A stretch of DNA of 64,000 nt from NCBI GenBank assembly GCA_963805945.1, contig CAWDVP010000002.1, positions 384,001-448,000 on the forward strand, read 5' to 3'. The DNA is from Vulcanimicrobiota bacterium. GTDB lineage: Bacteria > Vulcanimicrobiota > Vulcanimicrobiia > Eremiobacterales > Eremiobacteraceae. Position numbers and translations under genes: made by a program. Each line of letters opens with the position of its first letter. Position 1 is the stretch's first letter. This document shows, in pieces, positions 24,384 through 33,751 of this stretch. Below the pieces are notes generated by a model. The model did not search any database. It saw only the letters and a list, made by a program, of their open reading frames with translations, and was not told the DNA's origin.

Positions 24384-25193
24384 GTGGGAATCGAGTCCAG
24401 CTACGAACTCGGGCACGAGCGCGAGGGTCGCTTCGATAAGGCGCGCACGAAGCAGCTCTTCCTTCAGTATGCCGCGACGCGCGACGCGGACACCCGCGAA
24501 CAGCTCGTCGTCGCGCACCTCAATCTGGTGCGCTTTCTCGCCTCGCGCTTCGCAGGCCGCGGCGAGCCGCTCGACGATCTGATCCAAGTCGGGATGGTCG
24601 GCCTGCTCAAGGCGATCGACCGATTCGATCCCGAACGCGGCATCGAGTTCACCACTTACGTGACCCCCACCGTCGTCGGCGAGATCAAACGGCACTTCCG
24701 CGACAAGGGCTGGGCGATCCGCGTGCCGCGGCGCCTGCAGGAGCTCAACGCGGCCATGCATCGCGGGCTCGACGCGCTCACCGCGGATCTGGGGCGCTCG
24801 CCGAACGTCGCCGAGATGGCCGCCTCGCTGCACGCCAGCGAAGAGGAGATCATCGAGGCGCAAGAGCTCGGGCACGCCTATGCGCCGCTGTCCCTGGACG
24901 CCATCGCCTCCGCCAGCGGCGAGGGCAGGACGCTCGGCGAGTCGCTCGGCTACGATGATCCCGATATGGCGAAGGTCGCCGACCAGGACCTGCTCGACCG
25001 CGCGCTGACCTGCCTGGACCGCCGCGAGCGCGTCATCGTGCATCTGCGCTACTTCGAACGCGTGACGCAGACCGACATCGCGCGGCGGCTGCGCATGTCG
25101 CAGATGCACGTCTCCCGCCTCCAGCAGCGCGCGCTCGGCAAGATGAAAGGACTGCTCCAAGAAGAGTCCAGCCCCGAACGCGCAAACCAATAG
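24384..25193 (+). CDS. sigB: SigB/SigF/SigG-family sigma factor
   Basis: DDLIQVG..GLLKAIDRFDP, GEIKRHFRDKGW, SQMHVSRLQ. Confidence 0.88.
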   Translation: MGIESSYELGHEREGRFDKARTKQLFLQYAATRDADTREQLVVAHLNLVRFLASRFAGRGEPLDDLIQVGMVGLLKAIDRFDPERGIEFTTYVTPTVVGEIKRHFRDKGWAIRVPRRLQELNAAMHRGLDALTADLGRSPNVAEMAASLHASEEEIIEAQELGHAYAPLSLDAIASASGEGRTLGESLGYDDPDMAKVADQDLLDRALTCLDRRERVIVHLRYFERVTQTDIARRLRMSQMHVSRLQQRALGKMKGLLQEESSPERANQ

Positions 25194-25198
25194 CGGGT

Positions 25199-27847
25199 AT
25201 GACCTCTCAAGACGTACGCCGGTCGTTCGTCGAGTTTTTCAAGAGCAGGCAGCACAAGCAGGTCGCGGGCGCCAGCCTGGTGCCGGATGCGCTGTCGACG
25301 ACGCTGTTCACCATCGCCGGCATGGAGCCGTTCGTGCCGCAGTTCCTCGGCGAAGCGCCGCCGCCTGCGCCGCGCGTGGTCACGGTGCAGCGCTGCCTGC
25401 GCGTCGCCGGCGGCAAGAACGACATCGAGAACGTCGGCCGCAGCGGCCGGCACGGCACGTTCCTCGAGATGCTCGGCAACTTCTCGTTCGGCGACTACTA
25501 CAAACGCGAGGCGATCGCGTGGGCGTGGGAATACCTCACGAAGACGCTGCGCTTGCCCGCCGAGCGACTGTCCGCGACGGTCTACGTCGACGACGACGAG
25601 GCAGCGCAGATCTGGCAGCGCGATATCGGCCTTGCGCCGGAGCGCGTGACGCGCATGCGCGAGGACAACTTCTGGGACATGGGGCCGACCGGGCCATGCG
25701 GTCCCTGCTCGGAGATCTTCTACGACCTCGGGCCGGCCGTCGGCTGCGGCAAGCCGACGTGCGGCGTCGGCTGCCCGGATTGCGATCGCTATATCGAGTT
25801 CTGGAATCTCGTGTTCCAGCAGTACGACCGCGACACCGACGGGCGGCTGCATCCGCTGCCCAAGCAGTGCATCGACACCGGCATGGGTTTCGAGCGGCTG
25901 TGCATGATCCTGGCCGGCAAGACGTCGATCTTCGACACCGATCTGTATCAGGACATCATCGCCGCGCTGCCGCCGGTCGGCGAGTCGCGCTTGCCCGACT
26001 CCGAGCGCGCCGTGCATCGCTGCATCATCGCCGACCACGCGCGCGCCTGCGTGTTCCTCATCGCCGACGGCGTCGTGCCGGGCAACACCGATCGCGGCTA
26101 CGTGCTGCGTTTTCTCACGCGGCGCGCGATCCGCAGCGGCAAGCTGCTGGGATTCCCAGACGGTTTCTTCGCCACGCTCACGCCGACGGTGATCCGGACG
26201 CTCGTGGACGGTTATCCGGAACTTCGAGGCAGCGAGCAGCGCGTCGAGCGCGCGCTCGAGGTCGAGGAGAAGCAGTTCGGCGCGACCTTGGCGCGCGGTT
26301 CCGTCAGGCTCGCCGAGCGGCTCGACGCCCTCGCGCGCACCGGCGCGCTCGTGCTGCCCGGCAAGGACGCCTTCGAACTGCACGACACGTACGGCTTTCC
26401 CGTGGACCTGACGCGCGAGATCGCCGGCGAAGCGGGCATCACCATCGACACCGCCGGTTTCTCCGCCGCGATGGAGGAGCAGCGCGAACGCGCGCGCGCC
26501 GATGCGTTGGCCAAACGCGGCGAGGTCCGCGTCGCCCGCGGCGCGGGGACCGACCAACCGGCCACGACCTTCACCGGCTACGATAGGCTGGAGTCCAAGG
26601 CCGTCATCGCGGCGATCTTCGACCGCTCCGGAGCGCCCGCCGAGCGGCTCGACGCGGGCGCCGAAGGCATCATCGTGCTCGACCAGACCCCGTTCTACGC
26701 CGAGCGCGGCGGACAGGCCGGCGATCGCGGCGTGCTTGCTGCGGCCGGCGCGTCGTTCGACGTGCGCGACACGCAGTATGAAGATAAGACACATCGCCGC
26801 ATCATGCACCGGGGTGTCGTGCGCTCGGGCGGCTTCGCCGCCGGTGACCAGGTGGACGCGATCGTCGACCCGCATTGGCGGCGCGAGATCCGCCGCCACC
26901 ACAGCGTCACCCATCTGCTGCAGCGCGCGCTCAAAGAGGTGCTCGGCGACGCGGTCGCCCAGCGCGGCAGCGCCGTGTTCCCGGAGCGCACCCGCTTCGA
27001 CTTCGACTCGCCGGTCGGTGCGCTCTCCAAGGCGCAGCGCTCCGAGGTGGGCGCGCGGGTCAACGAGCTCATCCGCAGCGACTACCGCCTTGAAGAGGCG
27101 AGCATGCCGTTCGCCGAGGCGGTCGCGCGCGGCGCGGTCTATATGAAGGGCGAGAACTACGGCGACGTCGTCCGCATCGTCACCTTCGGTCCCAGCATCG
27201 AGCTGTGCGGCGGCACCCATGTGACGTCGACCGGCGAGATCGGCCACTTCGTCCTGCTCGCCGATTCCGCGATCGGCGCCGGCATCCGCCGCGCCGAAGG
27301 CGTGGTGTCCGAAGCCGCGGATCGGTACGTCGACTCCGTGCGCGAGACGGTCGACGAAGTCGGTTCGGCGCTGTCCACCGCCGCCGACCAAGTCCCTGAG
27401 GCGGTGAGCCGGCTCGCGCTACGGCAGAAGGAGCTCGAGCGCAAGATCGCCGCGCTGCAATCGCAGCTCGCCGCGCAGCGTGCCGATGAATATCTCGCAT
27501 CCGCCAAAGAGATCGGCGGCGTCTCCTATCTCGCGGTCAGACCGAGCGGCGACGTCGGCGTCGGAGCGAAGGAGCTCGCCGAATCCATCCGCGCCAAATG
27601 GCCCGACGGCGTGATCGTCGTGGCCCAGCCGGAGAATGGGCGGGTGTCGCTCGTCGTCGCGGCCGGCCGCGCGGCCGCCAAGCGCGGCGTGTCGGCGAAG
27701 GACGTCCTCGCCGCGATCATCGGCCACGTCAAGGGCAAAGGCGGAGGCAACGCCTCGCTGGCACAAGGCTCCGGCTCCGACGCCGCCGGCATCGATGCGG
27801 CGTTAGGCGCGGTCCCCGACGCGATCGCCAAGGCAGCGCGTGCCTAA
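25199..27847 (+). CDS. alaS: Alanine--tRNA ligase
   Basis: RHGTFLEMLGNFSFGDYYK, IDTGMGFER, ELCGGTHV, KGGG C-terminal domain. Confidence 0.98.
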   Translation: MTSQDVRRSFVEFFKSRQHKQVAGASLVPDALSTTLFTIAGMEPFVPQFLGEAPPPAPRVVTVQRCLRVAGGKNDIENVGRSGRHGTFLEMLGNFSFGDYYKREAIAWAWEYLTKTLRLPAERLSATVYVDDDEAAQIWQRDIGLAPERVTRMREDNFWDMGPTGPCGPCSEIFYDLGPAVGCGKPTCGVGCPDCDRYIEFWNLVFQQYDRDTDGRLHPLPKQCIDTGMGFERLCMILAGKTSIFDTDLYQDIIAALPPVGESRLPDSERAVHRCIIADHARACVFLIADGVVPGNTDRGYVLRFLTRRAIRSGKLLGFPDGFFATLTPTVIRTLVDGYPELRGSEQRVERALEVEEKQFGATLARGSVRLAERLDALARTGALVLPGKDAFELHDTYGFPVDLTREIAGEAGITIDTAGFSAAMEEQRERARADALAKRGEVRVARGAGTDQPATTFTGYDRLESKAVIAAIFDRSGAPAERLDAGAEGIIVLDQTPFYAERGGQAGDRGVLAAAGASFDVRDTQYEDKTHRRIMHRGVVRSGGFAAGDQVDAIVDPHWRREIRRHHSVTHLLQRALKEVLGDAVAQRGSAVFPERTRFDFDSPVGALSKAQRSEVGARVNELIRSDYRLEEASMPFAEAVARGAVYMKGENYGDVVRIVTFGPSIELCGGTHVTSTGEIGHFVLLADSAIGAGIRRAEGVVSEAADRYVDSVRETVDEVGSALSTAADQVPEAVSRLALRQKELERKIAALQSQLAAQRADEYLASAKEIGGVSYLAVRPSGDVGVGAKELAESIRAKWPDGVIVVAQPENGRVSLVVAAGRAAAKRGVSAKDVLAAIIGHVKGKGGGNASLAQGSGSDAAGIDAALGAVPDAIAKAARA

Positions 27848-28580
27848 GCGAGACGCGGTCATGCTCGCGCTGCTGCTCGCGATCGCGCTCGGCGGTCCCG
27901 CAGCAGCGGCATCGCCGCCGCCCACATCGCGGGTCCACGGGGTCGTCTCGCCGGGCATGCTCGCGGCGCGCGCGCTCGAGAAATACCACGCCGCCATGGC
28001 GTCGTTGGGCCAGCCGCCGAACATGGTGTTCACCTATGCCGAGACGCGCACCGGTCCGTCTCGCATCGTGACCGGCGTCCATCGCGTCTATCGCGACAGC
28101 GCGGGTGACCAGCGCAACGACACGATGGAGATCAATGGCTCGCCCATCCGGCCGCCGTTGACGCGCACGTACCAGCGCACCACATGGCCCTACTTCGCCG
28201 ACGAGTTCTCAGCCTCGGCTGCCGACTATGACGCGCACTTCGTAGGCGCGGCGACGGTGAACGGCCGCCGCGGCTACTCGTTCCAGATGAAACGTCACAT
28301 CAGCGCGGTGTTTGAGGTCACGGAATTGGATCTCGACACGGCCAGCGGCTTGCCGTTGCGCATCGGCTACGCCGTCCAAAGCGGCACGTGCGACGGTCAA
28401 GGGACGCTCGAATACGCGCCGGCCGGCGCGTATTGGCTGCCGACACTCGCGACCGCCGAGTGCGCCACCGGCAAGTCGGCGGAGCCGAGCTACAAGCACA
28501 CCATCAGATTCTCCGATTATTCGTTTCCCGTCTCGATCCCGCAAGACGTGCTCCATCCGCCGGGGGCAAGCGCGCAATGA
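27840..28580 (+). CDS. Exported hypothetical protein (beta-rich)
   Basis: Signal peptide; overlaps both neighbours; normal codon bias. Confidence 0.65.
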   Translation: MPKRDAVMLALLLAIALGGPAAAASPPPTSRVHGVVSPGMLAARALEKYHAAMASLGQPPNMVFTYAETRTGPSRIVTGVHRVYRDSAGDQRNDTMEINGSPIRPPLTRTYQRTTWPYFADEFSASAADYDAHFVGAATVNGRRGYSFQMKRHISAVFEVTELDLDTASGLPLRIGYAVQSGTCDGQGTLEYAPAGAYWLPTLATAECATGKSAEPSYKHTIRFSDYSFPVSIPQDVLHPPGASAQ

Positions 28581-29788
28581 GCGCGTTCGGCGCACCGGCG
28601 CTGCCGCGGCCGCAGCGATCGTCGTCCGCCGCATGGACGGCGTTGGCGGTGTTCGCGTTCGCGCTCGCGGTGTATCTGCTCTCCACCGGCGGCAAGCATG
28701 CGTTCTACGACAACTTCATCCGCCTCGCGTACGCGTTCGCGCACGGCAGAGTGTGGATCGATTGGCCGGGGCCGGCGATCGAAGCGCTCGAGTTCGGCGG
28801 ACAGCACTACGTCATCGAAGGCCCGATCCCGGCGATCATGGCGATGCCATTCGTGCTGTTGTTCGGGCTCGATGCGAACCAATCGGTCGTCTGCGCAATC
28901 GCAGCAGCCATAGGGGTTTGCGCGGTTTGGCTGATGCTCGGCGGGATGCGCGTCTCCACCGAGACGCGCGTCTTCGCCACCATCTTCTTCGGCTTCGGCA
29001 CGGTGTATTGGTGGTGCGCCGCGTTCGGCTCGTTGTGGATGTACGCGCACGTCACTGGCGCGATGTTCGCCGTAATCGCGCTCGCGGAATGGTACGGCAA
29101 GCGGCGACCGTGGCTGCTCGGCGTGCTGTTCGCGTGCATGGCGCTGTCGCGTTTCTCGATGGCGCTCGCCGGCATCCCGTTCATCGTATGGCTGCTGCTC
29201 GAGACGCCGCGCGGCGGCCGGCTGCGTGCGCTCGGCGAAGCCACGCTCGGCGCATTGCCGTTCTTCGCGCTATTCCTCGTCTACAACGAAGCGCGCTGGG
29301 GCACGCTGCAGGACATCGGCTACACCACGTGGTTCCACCAGGATCCGGTCGGCTCCACGACCGGCAGCCCGTTCCAACTGCGCTTCTTGCCGGCCAACCT
29401 GTACAGCTTCTTGATGCTGCCGCCGGACTATTCCGTCTACTTCCCGTGGCTCAAGCTCAACGGGTTCGGCGTCGCGCTCACCTTCACGAGCCCGGCGCTC
29501 GCGCTCGCGTTCTTCGCTCCCGCGCGCAACCGTGAGACGTGGTTCCTGTGGGCGGCGACGCTGCTGGCGGCGATCCCGTCGCTGCTCTACTACGTCAACG
29601 GGTTCGAACAGTTCGGCATGCGCCACTCGCTGGACTTCACGCCGTTCATGCTGCCGCTCGTCGCGCGCGGCCTCGAGCGCATCAAAGCGCTGTTCGCGTA
29701 CGCGCTCGTGGCGATCTCGGTGCTCGCGAACGGCTACGGCGTGTGGTATTCGTGGGCATACCACGCGTACGCGGTGGTGCCGCGCTAG
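28577..29788 (+). CDS. Polytopic membrane protein, probable GT-C-fold glycosyltransferase
   Basis: About 10 TM helices, YNEARWG loop, QFGMRHSLDF motif. Confidence 0.6.
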   Translation: MSAFGAPALPRPQRSSSAAWTALAVFAFALAVYLLSTGGKHAFYDNFIRLAYAFAHGRVWIDWPGPAIEALEFGGQHYVIEGPIPAIMAMPFVLLFGLDANQSVVCAIAAAIGVCAVWLMLGGMRVSTETRVFATIFFGFGTVYWWCAAFGSLWMYAHVTGAMFAVIALAEWYGKRRPWLLGVLFACMALSRFSMALAGIPFIVWLLLETPRGGRLRALGEATLGALPFFALFLVYNEARWGTLQDIGYTTWFHQDPVGSTTGSPFQLRFLPANLYSFLMLPPDYSVYFPWLKLNGFGVALTFTSPALALAFFAPARNRETWFLWAATLLAAIPSLLYYVNGFEQFGMRHSLDFTPFMLPLVARGLERIKALFAYALVAISVLANGYGVWYSWAYHAYAVVPR

Positions 29789-29863
29789 CGGGCGGACGAC
29801 GTCGCTTGCGACCTGCGCCATAGAGGTGCGTCACGGGGAGTCCGGCGAACGCGCCGCGCGACG

Positions 29864-30574
29864 ATGAGCGAGACGAAAAAAGCGACGCAGACCGCGAAGA
29901 TCCTCGTCGTCGACGACGAGGCGGCGATACTGCAGACGCTTCGCTACAATCTCGAGAAGAACGGCTACTCAGTGTGCACCGCCGGAGATGGACGGCGCGC
30001 GCTGTCCGTCGTCGAGCTCGAGAAACCCGACCTCATCGTGCTCGACATCATGCTGCCGGAGCTCGACGGCATCGAGGTCTGTCGCGAGATCCGCAAGCGC
30101 TCGACGACGCCGGTGCTCATGCTCACCGCCAAAGATCAGGAGATCGACAAAGTCCTCGCGCTCGAGATCGGCGCGGACGACTACATCACCAAGCCGTTCT
30201 CGGTCTACGAACTGCTCGCGCGCATCAAAGCGCACCTGCGCCGGCTCCAGACGCAAGCGCAGCCGTCGGAGACCGGCATCGTGCGCTCCGGCGACGTCGA
30301 GCTCGACGCAGGCCGGCACCGCGTCACCAAGCGCGGCGCGACCGTCGAGCTGGCGCCGAAGGAGTTCCGCCTGCTCCAGGTGCTGCTCGAGAACAAGGGG
30401 CGCGTCGTGACGCGCCAGGTGATGCTCGATCGGGTGTGGGGCTACGACTTCTACGGCGATCTGCAGACGGTGAACGTCCACATCCGTTGGCTGCGCGAGA
30501 AGATCGAAGACGATCCAAGTGATCCCAAATACATTCTCACCGTGCGCAGCCGCGGGTATCTTTTCAAGGACTAG
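29864..30574 (+). CDS. phoB: OmpR-family response regulator, PhoB/PhoP-like
   Basis: VVDDE, LDIMLP, ADDYITKPF, TVNVHIRWLREKIE; in the pho/pst locus. Confidence 0.85.
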   Translation: MSETKKATQTAKILVVDDEAAILQTLRYNLEKNGYSVCTAGDGRRALSVVELEKPDLIVLDIMLPELDGIEVCREIRKRSTTPVLMLTAKDQEIDKVLALEIGADDYITKPFSVYELLARIKAHLRRLQTQAQPSETGIVRSGDVELDAGRHRVTKRGATVELAPKEFRLLQVLLENKGRVVTRQVMLDRVWGYDFYGDLQTVNVHIRWLREKIEDDPSDPKYILTVRSRGYLFKD

Positions 30575-30594
30575 CCAAACCAGAGCCCACTCGC

Positions 30595-31689
30595 ATGTCG
30601 ATCTTCGACGCTTTCCGCAGACAGCCGGCCGCGCCGGACGAGGCCGAGCCGGGATCCCAGCACGCCGCAGCGCAGCTCGAGCGTTTCGACGAGCTTGTCG
30701 ACGCGTTGCCCGTCGGCGTCATCGTGGTCGGCGACAACGGCCGCGTGACGTTCTTCAATCCGGCCGCGGCGGAGATCTTCGGCGTGCCGCCGGAGCGCGC
30801 GCTCGGCCGTGCTCTCATCGAGAGCGTCCGCAGCTACGAGCTCGACCGGCGGCTGTCGAACGCGCTGCGCTTCGGCATCGAGCAGACAGCGGAGCTCACC
30901 TACAACGCGGGCACCGCGCGCAAGCTGGAGGTCACGACGAAGCCGCTGCGCGGCGGCGATGCCCGCCGCGAGGCGGTGGCCGTCGTCCACGACCTCACCC
31001 GCGTGCGCGAGCTCGAGGCCATCCGGCGCGATTTCGTGTCGAACGTCTCGCACGAGCTGCGCACCCCGCTCACCTCGGTGAAGATCATCGTCGAAACGCT
31101 GCAGGACGGCGTCGACAAGAAGACCCAGACCAAATTCCTCGGCGACGTCGCCCGCGAGACCGACCGGATGATCGCGCTCGTCGAGGACCTGCTCGGCCTC
31201 GCCAAGCTCGAGAGCGACACGCCGGCGGATCCGTTCGCGCCGGTCGACCTGTGCGAGCTGTGCCGCGAAGTCGTCGCGACGCAGCTGCTGCGCGCGACGC
31301 AGCTCAACGTGGAGCTGCAGCTGCGCACGCCCGAGGAACCGGTCGTCATCCAGGGCGACCGCGATAAGCTCGTGCAGGTCGTCGTCAACCTGCTCGACAA
31401 CGCGCTGCGGCTCACGCCGCCCAACGGTCACGTGAAGGTCTCGGTCCAGCGCGGGCCCGACTTCGCCGAGATCGCGGTGGCGGACGATGGGCCGGGCATC
31501 GCGTCGTCGGCGCTGCCGCATATCTTCGAGCGCTTCTATGTCGTCGAGCGTTCGCGGGCTCGCGCGGCCACCGGCACCGGCTTGGGTCTCGCGATCGTGA
31601 AGCACATCATGGAACTGCACGACGGCACGGTGGAAGCGGAAAGCGAGCTCGGAGCCGGCACGGTCTTCCGCTGCCGTTTCAATATTTAA
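30595..31689 (+). CDS. phoR: PAS-HisKA-HATPase sensor kinase, PhoR-like, no TM helix
   Basis: RRDFVSNVSHELRTPLT, NLLDNA, DDGPGI, FERFY, GTGLGLAIVKH. Confidence 0.88.
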   Translation: MSIFDAFRRQPAAPDEAEPGSQHAAAQLERFDELVDALPVGVIVVGDNGRVTFFNPAAAEIFGVPPERALGRALIESVRSYELDRRLSNALRFGIEQTAELTYNAGTARKLEVTTKPLRGGDARREAVAVVHDLTRVRELEAIRRDFVSNVSHELRTPLTSVKIIVETLQDGVDKKTQTKFLGDVARETDRMIALVEDLLGLAKLESDTPADPFAPVDLCELCREVVATQLLRATQLNVELQLRTPEEPVVIQGDRDKLVQVVVNLLDNALRLTPPNGHVKVSVQRGPDFAEIAVADDGPGIASSALPHIFERFYVVERSRARAATGTGLGLAIVKHIMELHDGTVEAESELGAGTVFRCRFNI

Positions 31690-31700
31690 CGCCGCCATGG

Positions 31701-31729
31701 TTTACAAATGTCCGGTTGCGGCCTATAAT
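31701..31729 (+). promoter_or_regulatory. Sigma70-type promoter for phoU
   Basis: TTTACA-N17-TATAAT. Confidence 0.7.
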
Positions 31730-31763
31730 GCAATGGGTACTTTTGTCATGGGGGTCTAGATCT

Positions 31764-32498
31764 TTGGGTCGCGAGAATTTCCACCGCATACTCGATGAGA
31801 CGCAACAGGACACGCTGCGGCTCGGCAGCCTCGTCGAAGAGGCCACGTCGAAGTCCGTCGATGCCCTGACCCGATCCGATGTCAAGCTGGCCGACGAGAT
31901 CCTCGAGGCCGACGACATCGTCGATGATCTGTGCGTCCGCATCGAGACCAACTGCCTCAACCTGCTCGCGCTGCAGCAGCCGATGGCGTCCGATCTGCGC
32001 ACCATCGCGGCCATGCTCGACATCATCATCGACCTCGAACGCATCGGCGACCACGCGTGCGACATCGCGCAGATCACCAAGAACCTCGCGGCCGAGCCGC
32101 AGCTCAAGCCGTTCATCGACATCCCGCTCATGGCCACCGCCGCGCGCGAGATGCTGCGCGAGTCGCTCGACGCCTTCGCCCAGCACGACTCGGAGATCGC
32201 GCATCGCGTGCCGGCCAAAGACGACGAGGTGGACCGTCTCTATCGCTCTGTCTTCAAAGAGCTCATCGAGTTCATGGCCAAGGACCCCAAGGCCATCAAC
32301 CGCGGCAGCAACCTCATCCTCGTGGCGCTCTACCTCGAGCGCATCGCCGACCACGCCACTAATATCTGCGAACGCGTGGTGTACATGGTCGAGGGCGTGC
32401 CGAAGCACTTGAAGCGCTCGGTCGTCGAGATGAACCAGGCGATCGCCAACAGCGAGGCCGTCGGCGCCCGCACCGTGAGCGACCCGGCCGCGACCTAG
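31764..32498 (+). CDS. phoU: Phosphate signalling protein PhoU
   Basis: QQPMASDLR, DLERIGDHA, LERIADHATNICE; TTG start after GGGGGT. Confidence 0.95.
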   Translation: MGRENFHRILDETQQDTLRLGSLVEEATSKSVDALTRSDVKLADEILEADDIVDDLCVRIETNCLNLLALQQPMASDLRTIAAMLDIIIDLERIGDHACDIAQITKNLAAEPQLKPFIDIPLMATAAREMLRESLDAFAQHDSEIAHRVPAKDDEVDRLYRSVFKELIEFMAKDPKAINRGSNLILVALYLERIADHATNICERVVYMVEGVPKHLKRSVVEMNQAIANSEAVGARTVSDPAAT

Positions 32499-32500
32499 CC

Positions 32501-32541
32501 CCTTAACCCAGCCTTAAGCAAACCATAACATCGCCTTCAAG
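32501..32541 (+). promoter_or_regulatory. Pho box array upstream of pstS
   Basis: CCTTAACC (32501), CCTTAAGC (32512), CCATAACA (32523), CCTTCAAG (32534): exact 11-bp period. Confidence 0.8.
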
Positions 32542-32619
32542 CCGTTGCGCTACGGTCAGTGAGGTGCATTTCTCACTAACACACCGCGCGATTTTGTCGC
32601 GTGCAGGAGCGCTCACACC

Positions 32620-33651
32620 GTGAAGATTTCCCGCAAGGCCCTCGTGGCCGCCGCCATCGTCGCCGGCCTCATCGCCCCGATGGCCGCCTCGGCCGACACC
32701 CAGTTCCTCGGCGCAGGTTCGACGTTTGACGCGCCATTTTTCTCGCGCGCATTCTACGCCTACAGCCAAGAGCACGCCGGGGTCACCGTCAACTACGCGA
32801 GCATCGGTTCTGGCGGCGGCATCTCGCAGTTCACCGCGAAAACCGTCGACTTCGGGGCCACCGATGTTCCCCTCAGCAAAGCCGAGCTTTCGGCTGCGAT
32901 GGACGCCAACGGCGCGGTGGTGCAGTTGCCCGTCACGCTTGGGGGCGTGTGCATATCGTACAACGTGCCGAACATCTCGAAGCACATCAATATGACGCCT
33001 ACCGTTCTGGCGAACATCGCACTTGGCCGGGTCACGAACTGGAGCGATCCTTCCATCGCGGCTCTCAATCCAGGCGTGAAGTTCCCCAGCCTTGCGATCC
33101 TGTGGGTCCACCGCGCCGATGCGAGCGGCACATCGTACATCTTCACCGACTATATGTCCAAGATCAGTCCGGAATGGAAGTCCAAGGTCGGAGTCGGCAA
33201 GTCGGTCAATTGGCCGGTCGGAGTCGGCGCCAAAGGCAACGAAGGCGTCGCTGGGCAGCTGAGCAATTCGCCCGGCGGCATCGGCTATATAGAGCTCGCC
33301 TATGCGCTGCAGAACGACATCTCCTTCGCGGCGATGCAGAACAAAGAGGGGGCGTACGTGCTGCCGTCGATCGACTCGGTTCGTTCGGCGGCCGCGCAGA
33401 AGCCTGATGTCAGCCCGACCGACTTCTCGATCGTGGACCTCGGCGGCAAGGATAGCTATCCCATCTCGGGTTACTCGTGGGTCATGGTGTGGAAGAACCA
33501 AGCGGATCCGGCGCGCGGCAAGCAGCTCGCCGACATGCTCAAATGGTTGGTCACCGGCGGCCAGCAGCTCGCCACAAAGGTGAACTATGTGGGACTGCCG
33601 GAGAACGTGCAACAGGAGGCGCTCAAGGCGCTCGGCTCGATCCATTCGTAG
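32620..33651 (+). CDS. pstS: Phosphate-binding protein
   Basis: GAGSTF, YASIGSGGGI, DFGATD, HRADASGTS, YPISGYSW. Confidence 0.96.
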   Translation: MKISRKALVAAAIVAGLIAPMAASADTQFLGAGSTFDAPFFSRAFYAYSQEHAGVTVNYASIGSGGGISQFTAKTVDFGATDVPLSKAELSAAMDANGAVVQLPVTLGGVCISYNVPNISKHINMTPTVLANIALGRVTNWSDPSIAALNPGVKFPSLAILWVHRADASGTSYIFTDYMSKISPEWKSKVGVGKSVNWPVGVGAKGNEGVAGQLSNSPGGIGYIELAYALQNDISFAAMQNKEGAYVLPSIDSVRSAAAQKPDVSPTDFSIVDLGGKDSYPISGYSWVMVWKNQADPARGKQLADMLKWLVTGGQQLATKVNYVGLPENVQQEALKALGSIHS

Positions 33652-33751
33652 GCGGAATTCCTAAGCGCGGCCGAACAGGCGGTGAGGAATCAGGTGACAA
33701 AGCCTGAGGGGGTCACCGCCTGACGCGTTCGCTGCCCCGAAGACGGAGAGC

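Noticed and set aside
25195..25200. GGGTAT before alaS as a SigB -10 element
   Set aside because: It overlaps the start codon and has no GTTT -35 at the right spacing.
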